61,465 bases of DNA, filler included, from Choristocarpus tenellus KU-1152 (GCA_964200185.2; 8 parts of 8 records of this genome joined end to end with filler, not necessarily neighbours in it), one strand, 5' to 3'. Numbered from the whole stretch's first letter, positions 24,450-38,701 are shown. Numbers and translations: made by a program. The notes: generated from the sequence alone by a model not told the origin.

Positions 24450-27400
24450 TTAGGCATTGGTCTTTGACTCCGTACCACTCCTGATGGTGGTAGAACCAGC
24501 TCCCGTAGGAAGCATATCTTGCAGGGTGGGTGTCTTGCCTTCCTTGGCGTACCTGTAAAAGGGCAAATACGTAGTGAACCTCATGTAAACATTATGGACA
24601 TTGTACACTGTACTTACAGAGTATGTATTTCCCTTGGGTAGAGAGTCAAAGTTCACAAAACACACTAGTCTACATCTTTCAAAGTATATTGCTCGAGATG
24701 CATCAAGCGTTTTTCCCCCTCAGTGATAGAAACCACTTCTCCCTTATTCGCTTATCAAGGCGATAATTGGATCAAAAGGAGGGAATGTACTGTTCTCATG
24801 GTTTTAAAAGCTGTATAGTGAAACACACTCCAGGGCTTCTAACCCAGCAGATAGGTTGAAGAACATCAGTTTACATGAGATCATGGATATCTACAAGAAC
24901 ATTATATTTCAAAACTTACACATCCTATTGCCTAACACTTCAGAAGGCTAAATACAAATATCGACCATATCCATGCACTCACCCATAGTTGGACATCCCA
25001 CCATGCTTGGAATCATCCTAAGGGTTTGAGAGGCAAACAATGTACAGGACGATTGAAAAATGCATCAAGTGAGAATGGTGGAAGACCTGGCTAAGCATGG
25101 CAAGAAGGGAATAAGGTGGCATAGTACTACAATCTGTATTAGAGACAATTCCATGACGAGTGAGATACTTCAATTAACCCGTCCACATTAGAAGGACCGT
25201 CAGAACTATTGACTGCAAGAATTGAAGAGATTCAGGTATTAAAAAATATGACATAAAGTTCATCTTTTGATAATAGAAAAACACTGTAATTGACGGATCT
25301 CTTTTTCACGAAGATGACAATAGTGATGTGGTTGATAGCAAAGCATCCATGATGGCACTACAGAGCTCTCAGATAGTGCGCCAGTTGCCACATCCAACAA
25401 AATATTTAAATGCAACATTCACAATGCAGTGAGGACAGATAAGCAACATTTACACTCTCACCATTCCAATCTCCTCTACCTCCTGGGATACACGCAGTCC
25501 GACGGTGACCTTGGCAAAAGTATACCTGGTCATCGGCAGGGAAAGAGAAGAGAGTGAAAGTTTGGTAACACCGTAATACTTGCAGTGCACCCTAGTATGG
25601 ACTAAAACCATGGCAACTTGAGCGAACACAATCCTAGCTGAACCTACTTATGTATGGATGTATGTACCGAACTCCCTAACCTCTATTGAAGACACCCTAC
25701 ATGAGGTATCTAATGATCCCTCGTAATACAGCCTCAAATTTCCTACTAAAAAAAGAGGAAACCAATTAACTACACCTTTCTCCGTTGTAGAGGCAAAACT
25801 CACATCAAGAAAGACATGACACTTGCCCACGCTATCACTGCCAGGACGAAAATGAGGTTAGCAGCGAACTGGTTACCACCGCACCTGAGAGTTGGGGAAG
25901 TAGGAGACAATAGGCCAGAGAAAAAAAACATAGTTCAAAGCTAGACGAATAGGCTAACATGTTGGTTGGATTTCTCCAGTTTGCAGCATTATGTTACGAA
26001 AACACCACCTCTTTCTAAATAAAATTTTTCACTCATCAGTCATCTTACCCATAGAATGCTCCACAGCAGTCTGAGGCACGCTCCGCATAGTAAGCCTCGC
26101 CATAATTATCCTTGGTCGCCAAAAGTCCAGCTGCAAGCACTCCCCAGGCTCCGCAGCAGAAGTGCACAGGTGATGCATCTACAACATCATCAATCTGCAG
26201 CTTAAGAAGGGTCTTGCTAGAAATTGTATAGACAATTCCAGCTCCAAACCCGGTAATGATTGCACCCTCAGGCATCATCACGGAGCACCTGCATTTAATT
26301 GTGCATCAGTTATTTCACCTACACAATCAAGAGATGACTTGCACTCCATAAGTCTGGTTTAGATCTCGAGTTGTGACACCAGAGGATATATAGAAACTCA
26401 ATCAGAGCATGACGTTGACATAACATATAATAAGTGAATGTTGTATACTATCCTCTGCAAGAATTTTGCTCGTACAAACATCGTTACTAGACATCATTTC
26501 CATCCCTTTTAGGTTATCCAAAGTCCACGGGTCGATAACTGTATGAGTTGAATTACCTCTCTGCTTCTATATCACCAATACAACATCAGTAGCAAAGTGG
26601 TCAACCTTAATTGTTAGGTGCCACTACTTACCCAGCAGTAACACCAACTAGCCCTCCCAGAACGCCGTTATTGGCAGCAGTGATGTCTATGATACCATCA
26701 AGTAGATAGTGGATTGAGACAGAAGTAACACAGCCCACACCTCCAGCAATAGTTGTGTTCACCCTGGTGTGATCCGTGGTGTATTCACAAGCAGGACGGG
26801 TATTAGAACAATGGTATATGTTGTCGTTATCTCTTATCAAACGGGGGTAGGGGTATATACCGACATAATACGGATAGGCTAGTATCATTTAATGTTTGTA
26901 GGGGTTGTGGAAAAGCGCAAAATGACGTCAATTTTTTGCTTCCCTCAAAAGCACACCCACAGTGATAGTGCATCAACCAAATACTAAACACTCACATAGT
27001 ACGAGCAGCAACTTCACCAAAACCCACGATGTATAGCGAGCTTACACCATTGAAGCCGTACCAGCCAAACCAAAGGCATAGAGTACCCAGGGTCTGATAG
27101 ACAAAGCTGAGCTGCAGAGGGTGTGTTTGTTATTGAGCAAGGCAAAATGAAATCAAGTTAGGTGTATGCCATACATATCAAAATGACACTACAACAAATA
27201 TATACAGCAAATATATATACAGCATGAAAAATAGTGCACCTGTGACATTGACGTCCTCCTTTAATTTCTTGTTCTCCAAACAGGTGAACACGGAAAAGTA
27301 TTGATGCACTTTAATTTAAAAAAATAATAGTTTAGGCCTAATTCTTTCAGAACATGAACTGGTAGTATTGCACAATACATTACGAAGAGACATATTCTTG

Positions 27401-30400
27401 ATCGTGCTAAATAACTTTCCTGTTCAATTTTGAATGCTTTGAAAAATAATCAGGAGGCTTTCAAATTTTTTAACAATAAAAGGGACGTTTTGTTTTACCT
27501 GGGGGATATCCATGGGCACACCGTCAACAAATCGACCACTTCGAGGACCCAGCATCCAGGCACCAACAAGAGCAGCAATTCCTCCCGTCATGTGCACCAC
27601 GCCAGATCCGGCAAAATCGATCACTCCACAGTCCAACAGGAGGTCAGTAGTTCTGTATTAACAACCACCAAAAGTCGAAGTGTTCAAGGTATTGGGACCT
27701 AGACTGCAAGTACGTCACCTAATATGCACTTCATGCGGTATTAGACATGTTTACGCTAATTTCTATTTCGATGGAGTATTTAAGTAATAACTGCAAGCAG
27801 AGCTGAGCTTCATTGCAAAACCTCATGAAGCAAATATGCTAATGCCTGCATGGAAAATTATTTTCATCACATCCGTCCTCCGTTCTTTGAAGGGGTCAGT
27901 CTCAGTAAAACTGTGTGTGTCCATTCAACCATTTCTCTGATATTTGAAAAAGTGATGTAGGTTGCACTCACCTCCATGCTGACGCCCATCCATTGGAATT
28001 CCAACCCCAGTGAACAACAACAGGATAGATGAAACCCAGCAAACAGGTAGCGTATACAATGTACGCCCCAAAAGTCACACGCTCCACAACAGCTCCAGAT
28101 ACAACTGAGTAAAGCATCCGGTAAATGGTAACATTTAGACGGCATATTTTGAGGCAATAAGGGAGAAAATGTAGGCGTTGTTATCCTTCCATCACGCAGT
28201 TAGTAACAGCCAAACAGTACCTGTATCCATGCTGGAACAATGTACACTTTCTTAAGGACAGCACGATGCAAAAGCAATTTTTCGCCACAAATTCCCACAA
28301 ACAACTATTTTTAGGAATCGGCTTGATTGTCTGGACTATATAAACTGACTTGTGTTACAGTAGTGAATGTTTTACCTGATTCGAAAAAACACTTCGACGC
28401 CAAGAGAAATAATTACACCTACCGTACAAACATGGTCCATCTCATACTTAAAGGCGGTTACAGAACCATGCATGTAACTGTACCTCACATCTAACTAGTC
28501 ATATTTAATGCAGAATATTGATTCGTAGGTTAAACATCGTGATCTGGTTAGATAATCACAATGGTCTCTACTGCACTCGAAAAGTCGTGTCAGATACTTG
28601 TCAGAAGTCAGAAGACTATCAATATTAAAGTGAAGTAACACATACCAAATAGTGCAAAGAGCCAGATTCATCGACGACCGATGACTCATGAATGCGCAAA
28701 TGGAAAGGGATAAGTCTCTGAACATGAGTACGAGAAAAAACGTAAAATATTGGATTCAATCAAATCTCGACGTCTGACTTGCATTTTCACTTCTTTGGTA
28801 CACTTCGAGGTCGGTACATTTTACATCACTATTCTGCGCAATGGACGGACCTATACCGCAGTGAAATTTGACAGCACGTAACAGAGCAAGTATATACCGA
28901 AGTTTCTCAAAACCCGGGAGATGAATGCTATTTAAAATAATGTGGATAAATACCATGCGTCACGACATTAAAACACTTACCAAGTACTGGAGAGACTGCC
29001 CGTCATTTGGTTTTTGTTCTAACAGTTCAAGTCAACCGAACAGAAATACAATGGACATGAGGAAGACAGTGATCACTTTCCCATGAGTATGTACGCGGAG
29101 GTATGCCGAGTTATGAGGAAACTTCTACAACTAAAACTCCTCAGCCACTATACCATGTATGTAGGAATGAAGGTCCGGTGTATCCAAGACGTTAGATTTC
29201 ACAACATAATGAAACGGTTACGAACATGAAACAATTTGAAGTAAACATTATTACTCTTCGTATTATATCCATGCGTACTTCTGTGTGCGAAACATGTAGA
29301 ATTAAAAAAGATAATTGAGATCCATGTTATGCGAACAACTCTGAGAAGACACCACTCTTTAATGGCCAAACTAGATTTCGTCGTTACTCCTTTCAAACCA
29401 TGCACCTATCGAATTAAAAAAAGAGAAATGTGTCAATTCTGGACAAACAGGAAGCTAGGCGCATCAACAGAGCTCTATTGTAACCGGAGCTACAATAGGA
29501 TTACTGACATTAGTGAGTCGTACCAGACTTTTGGCGGCTGCCTGTAGGTACTCACTTGTTGCAGTGGTAGCAGCAAAGGCCCACTGGAAAAGCCATCCTG
29601 ACATAAAAAAGAGGGGAGGGTAGAAGAGGTACAGTTGAGATACGAAAAATATATGTCTAGGGATGTTTCTCTTTCGTACTTCATCTGAGGAAATAGGCCA
29701 TTCTATCACGAGCAGTTGTTCGGGTTACATGTAACTGCCATCATGGCCTACGTTTTATATGCTTTAACCAAAAATGTATCCCAGTGATTAATCACGGATT
29801 CAACGGTGTTTCCAATATTCCAAATAAACAAATACCTAGCTTCACCCACATGAATTTGTTGCTGGGTAGGGCAATATCATCAAAAGTTCAAAAAGTATCT
29901 CACTGCAGCACTGCTCAGTTCACTGAGTATGTTTATAGTAACCAGGCCATTGCTTTCAACGGTGAAAAGAATCGTCTGCATTACGGTATGTCTGCATTAC
30001 CCTATGTTGTACAACATACAGTGCAATCAATAGTAAAATTTTACTTCTATTCGAATGACGTCCTTTATAATGTGCTTTTAGTTGAAGCAGCGATAACAAG
30101 AAATAGCATGCCCACACTGTACCTGCCCAATTGTAGCCCACGTCATCACCACTACCGCGGAAAGTCGAAGTGGTGAGTAAGAAGCCGTCTGTACCAATGA
30201 ATCCATTGTCACCATCTTCGGAATAGCTATCGCTCCCCATTGCGATTCCATACCCAGTAAGGTACCACATTACTGTGACATTGTAAGATTTATTTTTCAT
30301 TGTTGTGCACGGTTGTTGGTGTTATTGAAAGTGATGCTCGTTAGTAGTGAAGTTGGTATGCCAGGGATGAAGGGCTGCGAGGAATCCTCAAACAGTATCA

Positions 30401-32153
30401 AGTACCGTAGATAATACGGTCAGGTTGAAATGAGTAGAGCTTTAGCTGATGAGTTCAAAGTGGATGTGTTACAGCTTTAAGGAAGAATCATTTTCTTGAT
30501 TGGAGGAAAATTTACAAGGTCCACATAATGCATAAAAAAGAAAATCGCAAACTAATTTGTGTTGACAACAACTGTGGAGACTGAGTTGTATCTAAGGGTG
30601 GTTAAAAAAATGTAACAAGTGAAGTTGGAAAGAGTCTAAGGACACGAGAGGTACCTCGAGTTCGTTTTGAAGGATTACGAAGACAACACTTGGTAACCCC
30701 TCATTTACTTTGGTTCGGAGTCAAAAAATACAGGAATGATCCCTAGCTCTCATTCGACATTGCTGCAAGAGAATCAGGTTGAAATCACAAGATAAGAACT
30801 GGTATTGACTTACTGCCACCCAAGCTTGCATCGAACACGTTCTTGACAAGGATATTCTTAGTGTTTTTCAGCTGGACAGCACCCACCTGGAGGTAAGGAC
30901 GGATACCAAAGTTTTAGGATATTAGCTACCTAAATCTTGATTCAGTTAAACAGCACTACCACAAACCACCAACTCGAACCCACATTCAAAACTCCTGTAA
31001 AGAACAAAACATGTTACGGGAACGTACGAAGACACTTTGTTCTACATCAACACACAAAGGTCCAACCTCCATCCCGAATACAAAGAGAGGCTATGGACCG
31101 TACGATCCATTCAGAATATCTTACCATTGCATTGCGAAATATCCCTCAAGTCATCTAACTGTTCTGCACTTTTTGAAAACTCACCTCAAGCATGGCAAAT
31201 CCTGTCTGCATGACTGTCGAGGTGAACCCGAGAAAATATTGGAGTAGTATCGTGGACGTCGGGAAGTGGAGATTGGAAGGTTGACTTAAACGAAAAACAA
31301 AATTTGGGGAATCAAGACTTGGCCTTTAATCGTTGACAGGTTTGACGTAATGGACTATTCCTGATATTCACAAGTGTGTCTTCGCTCATTACCTGCTACT
31401 TTGGCGTGTGAAATGGGCTGTACTAATATGGGAGTAATGTTCTAAGAATAATAATAATTAGCATGGTAGTGATAACAACGGGCGTCAAATCGAAGGGAAG
31501 ACAATTTTCCCTGTATGTGCACCCTCCACTGTTTCCATTTGACACAGTGGCTAAACTTTGCGCGTGAAGGAGCAAATATGCTCGCCCACTTACAGAAAAC
31601 CAGGACGGCACCGAACCTGCAAACAGCAAAACAAGTAGGGCAGTCAAGAATATTGTTAAAGATAGATAGGGAGCTTAGACCACCTCTGAATGAACCTTCT
31701 AGAAAAGCATGAATTGAACGAATCCTCCTTTGCTTGGGTAGTGAACACCACCAAATACCACTTTCAACTAGCAACACCTTGGTTCCCAATTGGCACCTAT
31801 ATCACCAACTGAACATATTGGCTGATATGTAATTTAATAGTAGTAATGATTATATGCCTTCACTCCATGAATAGTACAAGCTGTATTGCAGCATTTCCTG
31901 CTTTGCCCTTTAATCTAAAAGAGGTTTGTAATGTCAGGCACTGGAACGGCATTGGGAAGAAGACTTACATTCAAATGCGCAAGGAAGCGAAAATATTATC
32001 CCCATCTAGCAACAGTCAAAACTGTAACAATGTAAGAAATGTATCTCACATGAGCCAGAAGGAGTTCGCGCTGACATGCAGAGTCTTGATGGAATCGTTA
32101 ATGCAGTCCTCGAAACCCACGCCTGCTGGACAGGCCTCAAAAGTGGCCGACAT
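24450..32153 (-). CDS. AMT1: Ammonium transporter (Amt/Mep/Rh family, AMT1-like), 15 exons, 492 aa
   Basis: Exons 32153-32050, 31616-31594, 31213-31185, 30886-30814, 30272-30123, 29597-29556, 28104-27972, 27652-27499, 27111-26996, 26763-26632, 26288-26049, 25884-25804, 25525-25462, 25017-24983, 24552-24450 give a 1479-nt open frame. Motifs: [104 protein letters not shown]. Both pore His residues are present. Confidence 0.96.
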
Positions 32154-32930
32154 GTCGCTCAGGTGGATGTGCTTTACAGTTGGCCTTGTCATGCAAAGAA
32201 GGAAGGACGCGACAACATCAATCCAGTCGTAGTTCTAGACTACGTGAGAGCTTTGCGAGAGGTTTTCGATACACGTGCGAGAAGTCAAGATTTTGAGAAA
32301 CTCTGATGAAACGTCCAAGCAACAAGTGATCGATAATCGCCCACAATTCCAAGACCCGCCTTTTCAAATAGGTCACTATTGGCTTACGGTCCCCACCTCT
32401 CGCTACTGTTGCGACCGTCGACACTGGGATGGTCTCTTTGTGACCCCAGCGATGTTGGGAGGAGTATATGGTTGTGAGAAATGGTGCGACCTTCAACCAA
32501 CTTGATCTTGTATGAGGGACAGATTTACCTGGCTCTCAGAATATATCTACTCTCTGACAACTTGCAAGTGCAGACGTCAATTTTTGGGGGGATCTTGTTG
32601 AGTCGGTGGAACAGTAAACAGTAATATACCGTTTACGGTATATATAAATATTTTAATACTTATAGAGACATGTATGTATGTTGATATATAATATTGGATC
32701 ATTTGTACCTAGGATAATGCATTTTGTTTTTTGATATTGAAAAATCTAGATCATCCAATCATACCACACCTGTAAAATGTCAGTGAGAATAATATGTTGA
32801 GGGTACAATATATATTATCTGTTACAACTGTAATTTTAACAAAGCTTCTGATCATACAGAAAATAGATTAATATCTTTCACATCTACAATAACTTTTACT
32901 TTTTTACGGATTATTCTGACATTTGAATGG

Positions 32931-34313
32931 TTTTCATTGGTTTTTCCCCTGACACATCTGTACCATGTTGGATGATTTCCTACCTTATATTCATAAGAGG
33001 TAAAGTATGTGGGAAGAATGCAAAAGAGACGTATGTCCTCTGATATTTTCGGATGTGTCAGGGGAAAAAACATATTTCTTGGTGGAGATGTCAAAATTTC
33101 TTGACTAGGAATGAAAGAATAAGGTTGGGTGTGGTGTGTAGTAGTTTTTATTCTCTGTAAGTCCTATTAAACATCTTGTGACTGATATGCATACAACAAC
33201 TGCCACTTGAATCGACCTTTTCCCAGAAAAATCTGGAATATTTGAATGTGCAAAAAAATAGACACACAAAAAAAGGATCTGTGGAATCCTGTTTACAATA
33301 GGTAGTGTCTGTCACAACACGTGTAGCTCTATCAAAACGTGTCAATAAGTAATGAATTGGCTTATCCCATAACACATCTGGGAAATGTCAAAGTGCATAC
33401 TAATATTTTTTACTGATGCTAATCAAAGTTATAGCTATTTCATTTTAGAAGTAATTGTAGTGGCCACTAGTATCCAGGAACCACCTGTTCTGTGCGATCT
33501 GAAGTATTCGATTCAATTCATTTCTATTCAACAGGAAACATTCTAGGGTTAGGGTTTACTTTTGAATTAGAGTTGGAGTTAGTAGGGTTAGAAGGGGTAG
33601 ACTTTGTGTTAGATTTAGTGTTACATTTGGGTTAGGGTCGAGTGCAATAGATCATCTGATTCATCAACAATTTGTCGAAAAAATAATCAACTCCTCGACG
33701 GGAAGTTCTTCTGTATAGACTTAGGGATATTGGAGTTATGATTGGAGGGCTAAAGTACAATAATAGTAGTGGTAATATCTATTTTATGTTATTAGGCCCT
33801 CTGACATTGTGTAGGTTTGTGGGGAGAAAAACCAATTGAAGGCAAAATATTTTTATTATTATTATGCCCTCTGACATTCTCCAGATGGATGTGTCAGGGC
33901 AAAAATCATTGAAAACCATCCAAATTTCACATCATATTTTCATTCAAATTTACGACAACAGTTACGTTTTCTGGGTTTTTTCTGATATTCAATTGCGTTT
34001 TCATTGGTTTTTCCCCTGACAAGTCTACAAAATGTCAGATGGCATAATTAGGACGTTAGCCCATTCACAGTGGACAAGAATTTCCTCATGGATCTGGTCT
34101 TTCATGCTGGGGCACTTGCGGGCGCCAGATCAGCTCCCTACCGAGTCAAAGGTCTCCTTCTAGATGTTACGTTGTTACGGTTTTTCATTGTTTTTTCTCC
34201 TGACGCATCTATAAAATGTTTGAGGGCATCGTAATAATTATAAATATATAAAACTCCAAAATAATATATATATTGAATTGGCTTTTTCCCTGACCCATCT
34301 ACAAAATGTCAGG
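32931..34313. repeat. Cluster of eight copies of the ~55-bp hairpin/(TAA)n element in both orientations
   Basis: Copies at ~32931(R), 33032(F), 33354(R), 33789(F), 33853(F), 33998(R), 34180(R), 34275(R). Consensus TATTATTATGCCCTCTGACATTTTGCAGATGTGTCAGGGGGAAACCAATGAAAA. Confidence 0.85.
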
Positions 34314-34600
34314 TGTCGTGAGGCAGTACGAGGAGCCTGAATTAGTGAGACCACTAATGCGTGATCTTGGAATCGTCCAGCATTGTTGGAGTCCGAAAGA
34401 ATTTTCGCCACGGCACCCTTCCTGAGGGATGTACGTTGTGTTGGTTCATTGGACTCGCAACTCTCCTCCAGGATCATGAACGGGTTGATAAATGGGGGTG
34501 CTGTACTGCGGGAGGACCTGGGTTCAACCCCGGCCATCTCATCTTTCTCAAGCGAGCCTCTTACGACACCATCAACCAAATTGGTTTGTGGTATATCGGT
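34314..34600 (-). pseudogene. Possible degenerate retroelement pol fragment (DIRS-like RT N-terminus)
   Basis: TSLRKGAVAKILSDSNNAGRFQDHALVV loosely matches the LL.KGAI..V....GF.S..F.V pattern of DIRS-group RTs. The frame is interrupted by a hairpin-element copy. Confidence 0.25.
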
Positions 34601-36659
34601 ATTTCCCCCAGATGTCCAGCTTGGGCTTAGATCTGGCTCGCTTGGGTCAGTAGTTTCCCTTCACCTTTTTTGATCTTGTCTCTTTTTTCTTATCCTTGGT
34701 GGATCCATCCCTTATACTGTTGGCGTGAGCACCACTATCGTGAGGCAGGGTCCAATCAGTAGTGGGGGGTATTCAGAATCACCAGTGGTGACTTGGTGAG
34801 GTCCTTTCATCAAACCCAAAGTTCTGTCGGCCATCAAATCTTAGGAGAAGTTTGAATGGAATCTCGGATCGGATGGGTGACGTCATATCTTTGTGACCGT
34901 CAACGGCAAGTGGTCTGAAAATTCGTAAGACTTCTCTCTGTTTGATGTTGATGGATCACCAATCACAAAGGATGGTGTGGATTGGATTGAGATCACCTCT
35001 CAAGTAAGAGGGCATACTAGAATAATAGAAAAGTATATGTGTTCTATTTCTATGGAGAATAATAAACTATAAATTGGTTTATTAGTTCTACTCTTCATAT
35101 ATTTCTCAATATTGTATTATTGTGCCTCCTAACATTCTGGAGATATTTCCTTCTCAAAATATATTAAATAGTAATTCATTAATTGTGTAATATTGTGTTA
35201 TATTGATGTAGATAGAAGAAATACTGGTTTCATTATACATAACTTCAATCTTGTATATGATGTCACACCCACTCATGTCAAAAGACTTCCAAAATAATCC
35301 ACAATTTGGAATTATAGAAAACAAGAGGTATCCAGGGTGGGATTGTATTGTGAAAATCCTTTTAAAATGCAATATTTGACGTTTCTCACAAATATATAGA
35401 ATATTCTGAATTCTGTCAAGAATGTTTTTATTCAGCAGAGAAATCAGCACTCTCAATCTTAAGACTTCAACCATGTATATATTGTTATGGACTTAAAGTT
35501 TGAAAATGTGTTAGGTTAACTGTCAATTCAATATGATAAGAACTGTTGTAAAAGTAATAGTTGTGGTAGATGTGAAAGATATTCTTCTATTTACTATTTG
35601 AGTACCATGTATCCTACACCACAGAACGAGGAGGCAGGGAAACATCCCAAGAATCTGAGTTCAACCATATATGCAAAAATTGAATGGAAAAGATTTAAAA
35701 AAGTATCAAAATTTCGAACTTTCAAGGTCTTGGCACCTCTCATTTCCTTCTCGTAATATTAGTGTTTGAGCAAAATGAAATTCATTTTATTGTTTTTGTA
35801 TAAACAATAAGAAAATGTACTTCAGAAAATCAGTTTGTTCAAAATGAAATTCACTATGAAAAAGAAAAAATACAAAAGCAAGAAACGCCACCCGGAGGTG
35901 ACCAGCAAATTCAAATCATCTTCCCTAGTGTTAGTGAGCGCCCCGTGACGTAAGAGCAGTCTGCCGTAGCCCGTATTACCTTCCGTCCATTTCGACCCTT
36001 CCCTGGACATTCCTCAGTGGTTTGAGCGATGGAGGTAGGCCTTTGTCCGAATGGTGTCTACTTCTATCACTCGCCCTGTCTGTGCCTAAACCAAGTGAGG
36101 ATCGATGCACAGGCTGGGGAACGGATGTGACTGGTCGAACGGGTTTTGATGCATTGCTTTTTGGAATGAACGATCTCCACATTTCGCGGGAGCCGAAGCA
36201 GGTTGTTTGTTTGGGGCAACACAGACAGCGGGCGAAAGGTTCTGGGTTAAAACAGGTTTAAGTATCGGTGCGAGAGTTGCCGGTACACTATTGACAAACT
36301 CTAGGTGTGGCAGCGAAGTTTGGTTTGATACCTCATCGTGCATGGACCTCCTGTTCCGGCGAAGTAGTCTTAGTTCCTGCCTAATGATCGGGGTTTGGGC
36401 TGAGGCAACGAAAGGGTGTGACATGCTAGCAAACATAGCACGTGCATCTTCCATGGTACCCAAATCATTGTGAGTCTTGTCCTTGTATAATGCAGCTTTT
36501 TGTAGCATTTTGGTTGGCTGGGACAAACGCGAATTGGTCGCTTCGATTGGCTAATTAGTCTATGAGGTCATCAAACTTTGAGTGTTGCCCCTAGGGTCTT
36601 ACCGAGGCGATAATTTCACTATTATATTATTATGCCATCTGACATTTTGCAGATATGTC

Positions 36660-36759
36660 NNNNNNNNNNNNNNNNNNNNNNNNNNNNNNNNNNNNNNNNN
36701 NNNTTAATTAATTAANNNNNNNNNNNNNNNNNNNNNNNNNNNNNNNNNNNNNNNNNNNN
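36660..36759. other. Artificial contig linker
   Basis: N44-TTAATTAATTAA-N44. It separates the AMT and NR contigs. Confidence 0.97.
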
Positions 36760-38643
36760 CCCCCCCCCAGATACTTTTGGTCATTTGCATTTTCTTAAAA
36801 AAGAGATACTGCTCATTGGTCGATAGGTTTAGTCAGTGGTCTATGTATAGTCTCTCCTCGAACTGGGATGCCCTACAAATACTGTGTGAGATTTGTATAG
36901 GTATAGCACAATTGAAAAAATGGATGCAAAATGAGGCCGTAGTTTTAGCAGCAGCAATATTGACCACTAGAGCAAAAGACACTAACAACGTTATGTCGGG
37001 TTTAGCTTACGCAGTCCGTGATTAGCCTCAAAAGCATCTTACCAACCGTCTGACTTTGCTGTATTTGGTCTCAGCACCAATATCTGATTTAACGAGAAAG
37101 TCGACGGTTGCCACGTGGTGGAAAACTATTTTATTTCAGTAATACTGTTTCATCCACCAAGGAGACTTGGTTAAAAATATAGTTCTACCCTTGCCCCTGA
37201 CACCAAAATCCGCCTTCCCTGATGTGCATCACTTGTTCTCTTGACTTTGATTCGTGCTTGGTTCCTCTGCACAGGCCCTACACGGTGCTGCCAATCGGTC
37301 CTTAGACCCAACAACCCCTCGTCACAGCTGCTGCTACAGACATTGTAGCCTGAGCGTTGAGTCGGGTTCCAGTAGGTTGATAGAGAGCAGAACTAATTTT
37401 TCTCACAAAGTACCATTGCGTGTTGTTTCTTGGTTGGGTAGGATTGTTGTTTTGTGATCTTATGCCTAGGACCAACTCATGCCCCCATAGTTCCCTATAC
37501 TTCTTGAGTTTTATAAGTGTGAATTACAACAATTCAGTTGAGCCGGTTCGTATGATGGCAGAACAGTATGATGGAGATTGTATTTGAAACCCTTTCGATT
37601 AGTTGAGATTATCTAATTGCACCTATGTGTGCTGCATGATTAATTTTAAACATCCTCGCAGTGCTTGGCCTTTCCTCACAGCCACCTGGACCAAAGTATC
37701 TGGGAGGGGGTGCTGGCTGTCCATTTGGGGCCGATTCCTAGACTTCGCGATTTTAGGGTTGGTTGTATGTGTGGGATTTATAATGTATTTTCTAGACCCA
37801 TCTGTATATAGTTTGGATTTCTTGTGGGGGAAACTACCCTGTGATTGCTTTGTGCGATTTATTATTTAGACTCTTATGAAGGAAAAAAATGATTAGGGTT
37901 AGTTTAGGTATGATGAAGTACCCTTGTTTGTGTGCTTTTGCTCAATACGTATTGAAAAATATCTTGTCATTGGTTTTGCAACTGGTGGTTTATACTTCAT
38001 GAAGGGAGCAAGTGGTTACATTCATCGCGAAGTATGACGATTTGGGTTATGAATTAGACAGATCAATAGAAGTGAAACGAGTTGTTCAATTGATTGAAGT
38101 ATGATGAATTGTGTTATTGATTATTTGGACTTGAATTGAAGCTAGAATAGATTGTTTGATTGATGGTACGAAACACGTTTTTTCGTAGGCATACGATTTT
38201 ATGGATTACAGGAGGCCTTGGGGTAAGTGAGAGGTATCCTCGAGCTGCGAAGGGATTGTGATAGGTTTGTTTTAAAGTCTGCATTTTGGGGGGGAACATC
38301 CACATGAATTTTAAATTCGGGTATATGGGTTAGGGTGAATATGTAGTCATCATTTAGCGTCATGACTTAGTTTGATTTTTGATCCATGTAATCAATGCCT
38401 TGATGAATAAAACTATTGTTATGTCCAATGCGGAAACGACCTGTTCACAGACGTACGCTTATTTTTGGATGTACCTAACTTGCGAGCATCGTATACTGGG
38501 ACGGTTTGGTTAAACAGAGACACCCACACACGACACTCTTAAAACTGATGCAAAACTTTATATACATTTTATGCTGATTGTGAATCAATTAAGAGCACCC
38601 CTGTTCTGCTNNNNNNNNNNCTGGGCTGACGTTCGATAATCTG

Positions 38644-38701
38644 GGAATTGGACTTGACTTGTACATCCTGGAAAGGTGAGCATCGAGGGGCGCCTGTAAC
38701 A
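38644..38701 (+). repeat. LTR-end fragment (same family as 58170-58224 and 52388-52440)
   Basis: TGTACATCCTGGAAAGGTGAGCATCGAGGGGCGCCTGTAACA vs TGTACATCCTGTGGAGGTGAGCTCCGAGGGGGGCCTGTAACA. Confidence 0.65.

Noticed and set aside
25804-25830. Non-canonical GC splice donor in AMT (TGG|GCAAGT)
   Set aside because: Reading on to a normal GT donor after 25804 gives the correct phase and a continuous TM helix ([14 protein letters not shown]).
32931-34313. CRISPR-like array or hammerhead ribozyme
   Set aside because: Copies are in mixed orientation with irregular spacing and no cas genes in a eukaryotic context. The CUGANGA...GAAA hammerhead core is not matched.
36086-36526. 146-aa ORF as a gene
   Set aside because: No recognisable domain or splice structure. 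It may be a gag-like relic, but this cannot be supported from sequence alone.
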